Positions 13,605-25,810 of a stretch of 64,000 nt of DNA are shown in pieces. Source of the DNA: Psammoneis japonica (lineage: Eukaryota); assembly GCA_008632985.1 (NCBI GenBank), contig QPGO01000199.1, positions 1 to 64,000 on the forward strand. The letters are read 5' to 3'. The number at the start of each line of letters is the position of its first letter. Within the stretch, counting starts at the first letter, position 1. Made by a program: the position numbers and the translations under genes. The notes below the pieces were generated by a model. The model worked only from the letters and a program-made list of their open reading frames with translations. It was not told where the DNA came from and did not search any database.

Positions 13605-16600
13605 ATGGCTGCCATCGATCCGGATGTTCTGGCGAAGGCGTTTGCCGATGCAATGGCTGCTGACACAGCAGCGAACGCTCCTCCGCCTCCAACCAAGCCG
13701 TTGCATGGTGGAGTTCACCCAACCCACGGGGTTTGCATTGGTGGCTCCAAACTCGACGACAACTGTGAACAATCCAACGACAGAACCTGCCGACTCGCCT
13801 CTCAGCGCCGTCATCCCAAGGCTCTTGACTCGATGGAACGATCTCTCCGCGATCAACAAGCTTCCGCAATGACTTCCAAGTTCAACGGTCGACTTGAGAT
13901 TTCGGACGGTCCCATCAACGAGCTTGACAAGGACCATTTTGTCAAGACCATTCGAGATCTAGCAGAAGCCCATGGTCAGCAGACGTTCTGCCATGTCAAG
14001 AACAGCGACGACAAGGTTCAATGTGTCTTCGAACATCTCCACGAGTTTGCTGTGACCGATCTCGTGAACGAATGCAAAGTTGGGAAAGCAGCTGCCGATG
14101 ACACCAAGTGCGACGAGATCGAGCTCGACGACATCGGGCTCTCTCAGCTGCTCGTTCACTCAAGAATCACCAATGCCTTTTGCGAGAAAATCGAGACCAA
14201 GTTCAACCATCTCAAGGACTGCCAAGACTGCCCTGGATCTGTTCCATTCATGATGGCTCTCGACACTTGCAATGCCAGCGCTCCAACGGATGTTGAGATG
14301 GCCAAGAAGCAGCCAGAAGACCTCAGTTTGGTCAACTGTCCTGGCAAGGATTGCACGGACTTTGCTGCCGAAGCTCTTCGCATCGTGAAAATCATGCAGA
14401 CCGACTGCACACTTCCGGCGAACACAAGCTCCAAGCTGCTCCAAAAGATCTCCTCTGCGTCCTCTGAACACTTCAATTGGAGAGTCCACAACAAGCTTGA
14501 CGACGTCAAGGCTGTGGAACGCAAGTGCCACCTCAAGAATCCTGCTGACATCACGTCCGACAGCAATTGCAACACGCTCGGACCGGTCGGCATCATTGCG
14601 TGGATTCAGGAGCAACACAATGAACTCGTGAAGGACGGGGAGTGGCCTGCTTTGGTTGCCAAGCCACCCAAGAGCAATCTTTTGACTGCGGATGACCCTG
14701 GGAAGACAAAGCACTGTCATGGTTGCGGTCTCGAGGGGTGCACCAAGAAGACGTGCCCGAAGTGCAATGCCAAACGGCCGCGCGACGATCCTCCTACGAA
14801 TCCGCCACCTGCAGACAACCCTTCCAAGAAGAAGCAGAGACCCATCACTGCCTGGCGCATTGAATTTGACGGAGAAACAAAGAAGGATAAGAATGGCAAA
14901 GAATGGAAGTGGTGTGCCACGTGCACGGCGAAGGGTGCCGACAAACCTGGAATCTGCCAGAAGCACTCTGCCGCGGAACATGCCGCAGACCACAAACGTC
15001 CTCCCAAGGAAACCCCAGCCGGGAATCTGTCTTCCGTTGCTGATCCAGACAGTGGCATGCCCATGGGTCTGCCAGCTCAGACTGCCAAGGAACCAGAGGG
15101 AGACGAATCCGACCCCAACGAGTTGGTTTTCACGGGAATGTGGTGCGCGGCTGCGGATGCCGTTGCCAACCCGGATTTCTTTTCCGACCCTGTCACTGCT
15201 GCAATTGTTGTCACTCCGGCTTCTTCGGCCGAGAGGGAGAGCGACACAGTTGTCAGCACTGAGGTGCTTTGCAACGAAACGAGCCCACCTGTGCTCACCT
15301 CAGTCGTGGATCCAGTCATGTCTCCCATTGTGGTTGAGACTGTCACTCCCGAAGACGCCGATGACTTCTGCGAATGCTCCAACGCTTTCTCTGCATTTGA
15401 AAACGAACCACCGGCTGTTGAGTTGTTTCTGGCCTCAAAGCTGTGCTCTGTCAAGCATCCAGATGAGTTCTTTGACGCTCCCGCAAATTTGACGGACATG
15501 CTGTCAGATGACACAAAGTCAGATCTCATCCTTGAACATGACGTGCACTTTGAAGACGCACACGACGACTTGCCTCCGTGTGTTGCATGTCGTGGCTTTG
15601 ATTTCTATGATCCAGAGATCCTGGACATGGATGATTGTCACGAGGATGTTGAAGACGAGCCCACTTCATGTCGATCAATCTTGGGACGGGTCAAGCTGTT
15701 CATGTTCTGGCTCACCGCCATGTTTTGGGAAATGGTGCTGCACTTTTGCTTTGCTCCGATCCCAAGTGTCCCTCGAGCTCCATGCCACCAGGGCAAACTC
15801 CCAACCTTGCACGGGTTTCCAGCCTCTTGGATGGTCCCATCCGTTGCAGTTGCGGCATGGTCAGCAGTTTGCGCCGGTCGACAGCCCGAGTGTCCATTCT
15901 CAAATGCACCAAGCCGTTTTTCGACCGCTGGCTCTCATGTCTGCCACACTGTGGAAGAGCTGGATGACCGGACAGTGTTGGATGCGGGGTCACTGTTCGA
16001 ATGTCACAGGATCAAAGGCACACAAGCACTCACCAAGTTTGTCGCACACCATCCGTCACACGCACTGAGCACTCGTCTCAAGGCCTGCTGGGAGAGCCTG
16101 GAAGCAGCTGAAAGGTCTGACGCGACAGACGAATCAGCCTTCTTTGAAACCTGTGAGGAACTGGAACCTCTCGACGACCAGAAGCATTTCTTCGACGCTC
16201 TTGAGGACTTCAGCCCAGATTTCTTCCAGTTTGACGAGCTCTGTCTGCCCAATCACATCGTGGACACTGCTCATTTTCAAGATCCTGTGGAGCCATTGGA
16301 GGACGCACGTGTTGGGCCAGTCGTCTGCAACACCTCCACCATCCAACTGCTCACCGGACAATCTCAAGCCGACCTTCTTGCACCCGATCCGCAGGCACTC
16401 ATCAGTCTGTCGGACGAAGCTCTCACGGTCGTCATGGATGCTGGTGCCATGCCAGCTGTCACCCCCGACAAAGATGATTTTGCGGGGCCCATGACTGTTC
16501 CCAAGACACCCTTGCAGATCAATGGGATTGCCAACGGTCTTGCCATCCAGGGTGCTGGCCCGGTTGCGTGGGTGTTCACCATGCTGAGTGGCGCCACCAC

Positions 16601-16769
16601 CCAACTGAACACCATGGCGTGCCACATCCCTGGAGCCCGTCAGTGCCCACTGTCGCCTCAACGCCTCTTCAATGAAGAGAAGGGGGTGCGTGGGAAGCAT
16701 GAGGGCAATGAAACCACTTTCCGCTTGCATTTGCCAGATGCATCACCCTGTCACATTGCGACAGTTTGA
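13605..16769 (+). mobile_element. Truncated Ty1/Copia (CoDi-like) retrotransposon gag + aspartic protease ORF
   Basis: Gag zinc-knuckle-like CxxCxxxxCxxxxC and WKWCATC...H motifs; protease-like VMDAGA...TP.K.DF.GP...I.GIA.GL.I.G.G.V.W.F; ends before integrase; only one Tyr seen in 1054 aa; LTRs not verifiable. Confidence 0.8.
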
Positions 16770-18629
16770 TTGAATTGCCACATGAAATTGGCGTGTTGAC
16801 TCGGCTCGTTTGTTTGCAAGTGAACTGTGACAATCTTGCTCCTTTGCCTCCAGAAATTGGTCAATTGCAGCGACTTTGTGAGCTGGATCTTTGTGGTTGC
16901 ACGAGTCTTGAGCAACTGCCTGCGGAGATTGGACAATTGCAAGAGCCAGAACACTTGGATTTGTCTCTTTGTTTTGGTCTTGAGCAACTGCCTGTGGAGA
17001 TTGGACAATTGCAAGAACTGGAAAACACTTGAACTTGAATGGTTGTCACAATCTTGAGAAACTGCCTGTGGAGATTGGACAACTGCAAGAACTGGAACAC
17101 TTGAACTTGTGCGCTTGCAAGTCCCTTGCACAGCTGCCGAGAGAAATTGGAAATCTCCGTGGGCTGCTTTCCCTTGATCTGTTTTGTTGCTCCGGATTGA
17201 CTTTTCTTCTGAGTGAAATGTTTCAGTTGACCAATTTGATGCGGTTGAATGTGTCTTGCTGCAAGCATCCTGAAGAATTGCCAGGAGCCATTGGGAATCT
17301 GGTGAATCTTAAAGAGTTGTCTCTGAGCGGCTGCTCTGGCATTGCACAGAGCTGTCAAGGGAGCTTGAGTCACTTGCGAGCTTGGAATGGCTGTGTCTTG
17401 ATGAATGCAAGCATGTTGAAGAATTGCCAGGAGCCATTTGGAATCTGGTGAATCTCAAAGCGTTGTGTCCATGCCGCTGCTCTAGCATTGCAGAACTGCC
17501 AAGGGAGCTTGAGTCACTTGCGAGCTTGGAAAGGCCACATCTTGATGAATGCAAGCATCTTGAAGAATTGCCAGGAGCCATTGGGAATCTTGCACATCTT
17601 GAAGAGTTGTCTCTAAGCGGCTGCTCTAGCATTGCAGAACTGCCAAGGGAGCTTGAGTCACTTGCGAGCTTGGAAAGGCTGTGTCTTGATGAATGCAAGC
17701 ATCTTGAAGAATTGCCAGGAGCTGTTGGGAATCTGGTGAATCTCAAAGCGTTGTCTCTAAGCAGCTGCTCTAGCATTGCAGAACTGCCAAGGGAGCTTGA
17801 GTCACTTGCGAGCTTGGAAAGGCTGTGTCTTGATGAATGCAAGCATCTTGAAGAATTGCCAGGAGCTGTTGGGAATCTGGTGAATCTTAAAGAGTTGTCT
17901 CCAAGCGGCTGCTCTGGCGTTGCAGAACTGCCAAGGGAGCTTGAGTCACTTGCGAGCTTGGAAAGTCTGATTCTTGATGGATGCACCCAACTAACGGAGA
18001 TCCCAGCTATTGGGAATCTTGTGCATCTTGAAGAGTTGTTTCTGCGCGGCTGCTCTAGCATTGCAGAGCTGCCAAGGGAGCTTGAGTCACTTGCGAGCTT
18101 GGAAAGGCTACATCTTGATGAATGCAAGCATCTTGAAGAATTGCCAGGAGCCATTGGGAATCTGGTGAATCTTAAAGCGTTGTATCTACGCCGCTGCTCT
18201 AGCATTACAGAACTGCCAAGGGAGCTTGAGTCACTTGCGAGCTTGGAAAGTCTGATTCTTGACGGATGCACCCAACTAACGGAGATCCCAACAGTCGTGC
18301 TACAGGCACTGACAAACTTGAGAATTCTCTCTTTGGAGGGTTGCTTGAGCCTAACGACAACACCGCAGGAAATTCGAGAGGCTTCGTATTCGCTCACGAG
18401 CGTGACTACTCCATTCAATGCCATGCAACCTGAAATGAATTGCCACACAGCTTGGAATAGGGCCGGACGCTATCTGCTCCGCCAGGACGACACGCCGTTG
18501 GCGTTGTGGCCCAATGTTTTGGAAAACTCGAGCGACAATCCAAATGCGTTGTTCTTGTTCTTGACAAACAAACCAGACATGTGTAAGTTTGGTACTACCG
18601 AGGAAACGCGCAAGAACAGAGATGAGTGA
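16750..18629 (+). pseudogene. Leucine-rich-repeat protein (LxxLxxLxLxxCxxLxxLP type), 5' part frameshifted, 3' ORF 17382-18629 open
   Basis: 24-aa LRRs in 144-bp (48-aa) tandem units; C-terminal N..GRYLL....P.ALWP.VL...LF.FL..KP motif of the kind seen in diatom LRR proteins; frameshifts near 17030 and 17350. Confidence 0.85.
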
Positions 18630-19356
18630 TCTTACACATTAGAAGTACATACGTGTGAACAATGCCACCGCCCACTACTGGAGAGTTTGGGCAGATACCA
18701 TAAGACGAGGACGAAGAAATTCCCCTCTCTATTATAGAGCACACTCTCTAGAGAGTATTGTAGTAGTTTTGCTGCTTTCCGGTTTTTGGGTTGTGCTGCT
18801 ATATGTTGTTGTCACAGGTTTCTCCATGAGTCGGGGAGCCTTCTCTCTCTCTCTTCATAGTCGAAGAGAAATAGTCTAAGAATATTATAGACTCCACACA
18901 AAGATATTGTATGCAAGGCAGTGGAAGTAGAGGTAGTTTCCGTTACCTGAGGCAATTTACTCTTTAGAGAGAGTATTGTACAAGTAGTGTGTTGCCTTAA
19001 GCTGCTTTCCGGCCGTTGGGTCGGTGCTGCTGCCTTGTCACTTGTCTCTCTTCATCGTCGAAGAGCAAACGTTGTTGAAAGTGCTTGCACGTCGCTTCAC
19101 TTTCTCTTACGTCCTTATTATCTGTCGCTTCAATCTATAGAACCGGAGGAAAAGGGAGCTAAGCCTGCCAAGCCCACAAAACAAAACAGAAGCAGAAGAA
19201 GTCGAAATCGGCAAAGACAAACAAGAACAGCATCGTTAGTATCGAGAGGGAATATCATGCCTTGCCTAAATCTGTATACTTTGGTTGTACTGATGCTGCA
19301 TCTCCTCTCTACACCTGGTATCGGTATTCAGCTAGGCAAAAACCGAAGGGCAAGCA

Positions 19357-20130
19357 ATGGCTCAAGTGCTGAGTACGTTCAATCGCATGGAACGGGTTCG
19401 TTTTGAAGCTTTCAAACGGTACACCTTTCGCGGCGATGCTGTGTCATCTTGTGTTGTGCACTGCATTGCTGCATCACATGAAAGAGCTTGTGCTGGTGGA
19501 GAAAAGATTCGACAGAGTTCCTGGGCTCCTCTACCTGGGAATTGGAGGTGAAGCCCAGAATTCCAACAACGCTTTGCCACGGCGATGTCCGTACATCCGC
19601 GATGGGACTGGCAGTAGTCTAATGGTCACAACAGCAGCGACACTAGTTCAGTGTCTGATGGTGAGAATGGACGACGAAACGGTGGTCGACCAAAGCGCTC
19701 CCTTGAAGATATGGTTACGCCTGCAGAATCTGAAGAGATTACTGTTGTTGTGTATCCACACTCTGGCGAAAGCATGTGCACAGCGACTGGGACGGCGGCG
19801 CGTCGAGTTGCATCTTCCAATGGGCGAGAAAATGGAGCACTATCTTTAAACGATTGTTTGATTATATTGCACACCAAGCTTGTGCCCGCGGCTGGTTTGG
19901 ATCCAGGGTTATTCTTGCAATCGAGCATGCATCGACTACTAACGTTGTGGCTGGTAATTCTCAAGCCTCGGCAACGGGCGGCTCTGGGTGTAGTCAACCG
20001 TTACGAACTGGTGAGAAATGCCGCCCTTGCAGCGCAAGAGGAGTATGACCAACAGCTAGAACAAAAAGGGGTCAAAGAATCTGAGAAACGCGTTGGCGAA
20101 GATACTGATGCGGCGGATGAGGAACCGAAA
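19357..20130 (+). pseudogene. TAF11: TAF11 (TAFII28)-like histone-fold protein, disrupted
   Basis: AQVLSTFNRMERVRFEAFKRYTF and EEITVVV/TLAKACAQRL segments match the TAFII28 histone-fold pattern across frameshifts. Confidence 0.55.
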
Positions 20131-20576
20131 GAAATGAAATCCAACAGACCTAATAATTCCTCTAGTTTGCCAATGCTTAATATTTATTGTACCGCTAAGA
20201 TCCTCATCCACCATGAGATAGAGATGATATGGTACGTAGACTACCGGTAGTTCTAACTAGATCATTCGCTCGTGTCCGTCACCGCCACAGGGCGAACTCG
20301 AACCGCCTCAGAAGAAACTTTATTATCGTTCCACAAGAAGTTGGTACAGGACCTATCTAATGCTGACTCTAGTAGAGAGTACTGTCATACTGTATCGACA
20401 AATTGGTGTGAGCTCCTTAAAGACATAGGCTCTAACTACAGTACTCTTTACTTTACACTCTAGCTGTTTGCTGGGGGGGGCTCCCAAGCAGCAGAGATTA
20501 GTAACTGACCAAACCCGGGGCTTATTCTTCGTTGCCAGTCGAAGACAAGAGAGGGCTCTTCTTTCTTCGAGCTCTC

Positions 20577-21940
20577 TTAATTCCCCGTAGATTTGCCTGG
20601 CATTCCGACGACTGGGTCACGCTCGTCCATGAAATTAAAAGTTGGTGCAGAAATCAACTTCTTGCGTTGCGCTCGTAGATACGTGGTTGAGAAATCCGCC
20701 TGCTTTTTGGCTTCCGAAAGGAATTCCTCGTCTGTTGCAGTACCCTCAGAGTTTGCAAGGATGATTCTCGATTGATCAAAATGAGCTCTGGACCATATCG
20801 GGGAAAGCAGTTGTGTCGGGAAATGTCGTCTGGTAGCTCCTTCCACATCATTCCCGGTCGTGCTGCTTCGCAGGCGCTGTCGTAGCAATAGCACAAACGT
20901 GCGAGCAGTCTGCACCGTATTGTAGCCTCCGCCTCCAAGAATTAGTAGCTTACAATCACAAACAATGTCAGCATCACTCGATTTATCATTGTTCACAATA
21001 TGGACTCCGTTTTTCATCGTATCGCAACTTATCTCGTTCTGAGAAGTACCAGAGCAAAACTCGCTGGCAACGCGGACACATTCGGCAAGTCCCTCGGGGG
21101 TGAGGCCCCAACCGTCTGTTTCTCCAACAAGCGGATCAGATTTCAGTCCATCAGCACCCACAGTGAGAACCAGTGCATCAGGACAGTACGAACTGTATAG
21201 ACTGTCCAATTTGTATCGAAAGAAATGACAGAACTCCAAGTCTCTTGTTGATTTCGCTAGTGGAATGTTGAGATTGTGTCCCCACTCCCGGTGTGCCGTG
21301 TTGACCCTTTTCTTTCACAGAACCCCGATGTTGACGGAAAGAAACCTGGTGTATGTCGATGAAACGATATGGTCAATACTCGATCCGTATCATAAAAGGC
21401 ACGTTGGACTCCGTCGCAGTGATGAATATCAATATCCATGTAAAGGACTCTCTGAAAAGTGTTTTGCAATCGTCGAATGGTCATTGACAAAGCAAAACCC
21501 ACCCGCCTGGTCCGCATGGGCGTGGGGCGTGGTGACGACGACCACCCCAACTGATTGCGACATTAGCCTGATTGGTTGCCAGCAAGTTGACCGCCTGCAG
21601 GGATGCACAAACTACGTGTCGACAATACTCCCATAGAGTCTTGCGTGCCTGTACGCTCGTGGGCAAAACACAATCCTCAGTAAGACCCAGCGAGGCCAAC
21701 AACTACTTCTAGTTTGGGTGGTTCCAGGACATTCAGATAATGCTCGTGATGAAATCTCTCGAGATGTTGTCTCGTTGCTTTTTTGGGTTACAACCTTTAG
21801 GAATTTGGGTGTTTCACGGAGAAAGCCGCAATAATCCAGTAATCCAGCTAACAATAAGTCGCGGTCTTGGTGAATATGTGAAACATGCTGCATGGTACTC
21901 TGCAAGACTTTCGTGTACTCGTCGGCTCGTTGGAATGTAA
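20577..21940 (-). pseudogene. Class I (HDAC8-like) histone deacetylase, multiple frameshifts
   Basis: Motifs [59 protein letters not shown] spread over several frames. Confidence 0.88.
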
Positions 21941-22489
21941 AAGAGCAACCCGTTGCGGGGATTTTCTTGACCTTCTACCACCGAAATTTGTCGACAACTC
22001 CGTCACCTGACAGTTCATCTTATGAAGAATCCTATGGAATGCAAACTATCACAGGGTAATACAAATCCTCTAGAGCCAGAGCACGGGTGTATCTGCGTAA
22101 CTTTTCTACCTAGGGCCCTACGTGATTTCTTATAAGAAGCTTTACTGACATATTCATAATTTAACTACCTTAGAGTCCATAGATAATGTTATTTTTCAAT
22201 CCTTGTACCATGAAGGTTTACAAATGATTCAAAATCCATATACAACCTTAACGAACTCGTACATAACTTATCCGGCCAGCTTGATTTCCATATCATTATA
22301 CAGGCTTCATTAATATTTCTTCATATTCTGTTCAAAAATAACGTCGCCGAGGCCGGCGCTCGGGAGATGGAACGATCGAAAACGAGTCCTCGATGACGCT
22401 GTCATTGTTGCGGCGTATCAAACGTTGTTGCTCTTTCGGTCCCTGCTCTTTCGGTTCCTACGACTACGATCACTGTATCTATCTCCAAG

Positions 22490-23658
22490 ATGAGTACTTC
22501 ATCCTATAACTACTCTAAGAACCCTACGATGCGCAGGTTAGTGGTCGATCCCGCTATTCGTGGCGAGTTGGATTACATCTTCGTGCCCGGCTTCCCAGCG
22601 TCGAAATTGTATGCGATGATTCCTCAGCTCCACGATGAATTTCCGGGCGAGGAAGCGAAGGTCGGAAGATGGCTATCCAAGAACAAGGGCCGCTGGAAGG
22701 AAACGCGTGACAAGTGCATGCCTTCTCTTCCCGCCAAGGTCGTCACGCCGGGGCCCAAGGCGGCCGCCATAGCTGCCACCAACCATGATGCTGATGGTAC
22801 CCCGGAGAGTGCAGCCTCCGACGACACCGACACCAAGCTTGCGAAAATAAAGCTCAAGAAGGATAGACTTGCCACGGAGGCTGAGTTGCAGAAGCAGACG
22901 GAAGCTCTCTTGATCGAGGCCAAACTCAACGCGGTCGGTCGTCGGAAAGACGCGAAACCAGAGCTCAAGGCCAACAATGATTTGATGCGAGAGATGGCTC
23001 AAGTCTCCGTGCAAAATGCGAAGGAAAACAAAGAGCTGCGCGAGAAGCTCGTGGAAAATGAGCAGAAGCACCTCGACTCTGCGTCTGTCTTTGCGGCACA
23101 AGCCCAGAAGGGGACCGACTTGCATGTCAGCCTCATCAGGGATGAAAAGGCCGCAGAGAAAGATCTCATTGAAGCTCGGATGGAAAGTCTACAGACAAAA
23201 AAGAAAGAGGCGGTGATCACTGAAGAGCTGTAAGTGCCATGCCAGCCTCCACAGTCCATTGTCCTTTGTTGTGCTCACAACGTCGATTCTGTTTCTCTGT
23301 TGCCAGCGGGCTTCTTCAACTCAAAGTAGATAAGAAGGAGAAAAAGAAGGAGAACACGTCTACCGTCGCTGCCGTCTCGGAAGGAACCAACGTTGCCAAC
23401 AAGGACGGAACTGCCAATGGCGGCTCTTGGTGGCCTCGTCGTATGAGCTGGAGCAAGAAGGACAGCGGCGCCGCCGCGGCCAAGGAAAATGTGGCGAATG
23501 GCGCTACTACCCCAGAGCCCAGCACCGATGTCACCCCCGAGAAGAAGGTCACTGTTGCAGGTGATACTGCGTTCGAGACCCCGCGCAAGAAGGCTGCCGA
23601 GACTCCGGCCCGTATGACTCGTTCCCAACGCAAGAAGGCCGGACTCCCTTTGCCTTGA
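22490..23658 (+). CDS. Hypothetical coiled-coil / Lys-Ala-Glu-rich protein, two exons (22490-23229, 23307-23658), about 363 aa
   Basis: GTAAGT donor at 23230, CTCAC branch site, TTGCCAG acceptor at 23306; splicing joins the 247-aa and 139-aa ORFs in frame. Confidence 0.75.
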
Positions 23659-23694
23659 TTTCGAATCGATACGACTCGTCCTCAATGTGTTTGG

Positions 23695-23830
23695 GAAAGG
23701 GGAATGCAACGTGCAATGTTCGGGGAATGCAACGAAAAACCTTCAGGAATGCAAGATGTAGTATTCGGAAAATACGACATGCATTATTCAGGAAATACGA
23801 CATGCAATATTCGGGAAAGTCAAAATGTGC
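23695..23830. repeat. Degenerate ~22-bp minisatellite
   Basis: Units resembling ATTCGGAAAATACGACATGCAT, about 5-6 copies, no unique spacers. Confidence 0.6.
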
Positions 23831-24789
23831 GGCACTTGTAGCACTTGTACTTATACTATTTTTGTAATTTGCTAAAATAGAGACAGGTAGCAAGGTGATT
23901 TTGAATTCTGTGGTATCGCTACTCGCCCTTCTGTACGAGTACCACATAATGCAAGAGAAGCTGCGATCGCAAGAGCGAGCAGCGGCAGTAAGCTCGGGAT
24001 TTTTGTTCTAGAGAGCATACCTTACACCAAACCGTATGAGTGTGTGGTAGGACACGAGGTGTGTGTGGCTGTGATGGTCCATACGGATCACCTCACTTAG
24101 TCTAGGAGGCGAAATCGATCTGCACTCATTCCACGCCCGGGTCCTACGTGTTCCCAACATTTCGGTGTGCGTAAGGTCCAGGCCCATGCTCAATACGTGT
24201 CCAGACCATCTCGGGTATCCACAGGGGTTCCTAGAATGCTAGAGAAGCAGAGCCGTACGTGTCGTCACAGTGTATTCTTGGTCCAGGTCTATTATGCTCT
24301 GCACCGCTTCGTGGCCCATAAGCATCACCACCAATTACTTTCGTAGATCCAAAGTTAGCAGCAGCAGGTCCATCCCAAATTCCTCTTCTTCGTTATGCTC
24401 CGCCGCCGCCGCCAAGCATCACCACAAATTACTATATTACTTTCGTAGGTCCAAGGTTAGTAGCAGAAGGTCCAAGGTTAGCAGCAGCAGGTCCATCCCA
24501 ACTTCTTCTTCGTTATGGTACGCCGCAACCGCCGCCGCCACTCCAGGTATCTCACTACTGTACCATCCCAAGAAGCAGCGTCACCTCCAATCGCGCCACC
24601 AGTATGTAGAAGATAAGGATACAGAGCACATTCAACTTTTCTGAATGTACAAAACACTCGGTACAGGGAGTGTTCACAAGAACCTCCACTAAGACGCCTT
24701 TCGAAGAGAGAAAAGATGCCTATCGCTTCATTGTTTCATGTATATCAAGACTTTTTGCAAGCTTTCTCCAGTGATTAGCACCTTGCCGA

Positions 24790-25420
24790 GAAGTCAGCCC
24801 CCAGAACGACATTACGACACAAGAACAGCCTGCTTTTCACTGCAAACTCTCGATCGCAATCTTGCGGTCCACTCGCAACGGTCTCGTCTTGGTAGTACAC
24901 GGCACAAGATCTGAAACATGCAAACCTCTGTGTGCTTCGTGTCTCTTAAGGTCCTCAAGAAATGTCTTGTCGCGGTACAAGCGTACCCTCGCACCTCCTC
25001 GTTCCTGTCCCTTTGTTTTCTGCTCGGCACAATCTTGGAACTCCTTTCCCACCAAGGTGCCTTGACGTTTAGCAGCACCGCATCTACAGAGAAACTTGTA
25101 AATATCCCTTGTATCAAACTGGTAGTCGTAAATCAGAAATTCTCCAGGAACAATGTTCATACAGGATTTGATGGCAACGTGCAAGTATCCTCCAACGTTG
25201 ACTCGGACCAGTTTGCAGTTTGGATCAAACGAATGATTAACGAATCAACTCTGTTGGCCTCATTGCTCGCATCAATGTACCATCCGGTGTCAAGATACAT
25301 CACGTAGAAAATGGCGTCGTTTGGACGGTCTCTAGCCCATGCTTCAAGGCGTTTCTTCGTTCTTTTTTTGTTGGCAGGAACAAGGGTTGAGTGGTATGAA
25401 TGGCTCACCTGACCTTTGAA
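24790..25420 (-). pseudogene. SET/post-SET domain histone methyltransferase fragment (SET2/ASH1-like)
   Basis: YIDA....N..RFVNHSFDPNC, GEFLIYDYQF and CRCGAAKRQG motifs across frameshifts; limits approximate. Confidence 0.75.
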
Positions 25421-25502
25421 TCCTCGTTGTGGTCGTGACTTGAGGCATTTCTCAAATTACTCTCGCTCGGTGTCGGCGTGTCGGCATTCGGCATGGAGGG
25501 TG

Positions 25503-25566
25503 TGGGATAATTATGGGATAATTATGGGACAATTATGGGACAATTATGGGACAATTATGGGACAAT
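25503..25566. repeat. 11-bp tandem repeat TGGGAYAATTA x ~6
   Basis: Seen directly in the sequence. Confidence 0.9.
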
Positions 25567-25810
25567 CACGATGCTTTTGGGCCACGTCCGCGCGTTTCGA
25601 CAAAACGCTCATAACCCATTCTTTCCATTTCCAAAACGCGACACGCGACGCAACTCAAGTCGACCATGAGATCGGTTGCGGCGGCGGCAATATTTAACAC
25701 CAAGTGTAAGAAACACCTGGATAGTATGTTAAAACCTCATTATGATCATAAGGTAAGGGTACTAAAGCAAGAAATCTTCATTTGATGCCTTTAATCGTCA
25801 TCTGAACTTT
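25566..25810 (+). repeat. Dispersed repeat; TpA-intact homolog of 3985-4010 + 4402-4670 (reverse strand)
   Basis: Shared blocks GCTTTTGGGCCACGTCCGC, CTCAAGTCGACCATG, AAGAAACACCTGGA, AATCTTCATTTG, CGTCATCTGAACTT. Confidence 0.8.

Noticed and set aside
17309..18448. 379-aa antisense ORF over the LRR gene
   Set aside because: Shadow of a tandemly repeated, TA-poor coding strand.
23695..23830. Possible CRISPR array
   Set aside because: Contiguous degenerate units without unique spacers, no cas genes, eukaryotic context.
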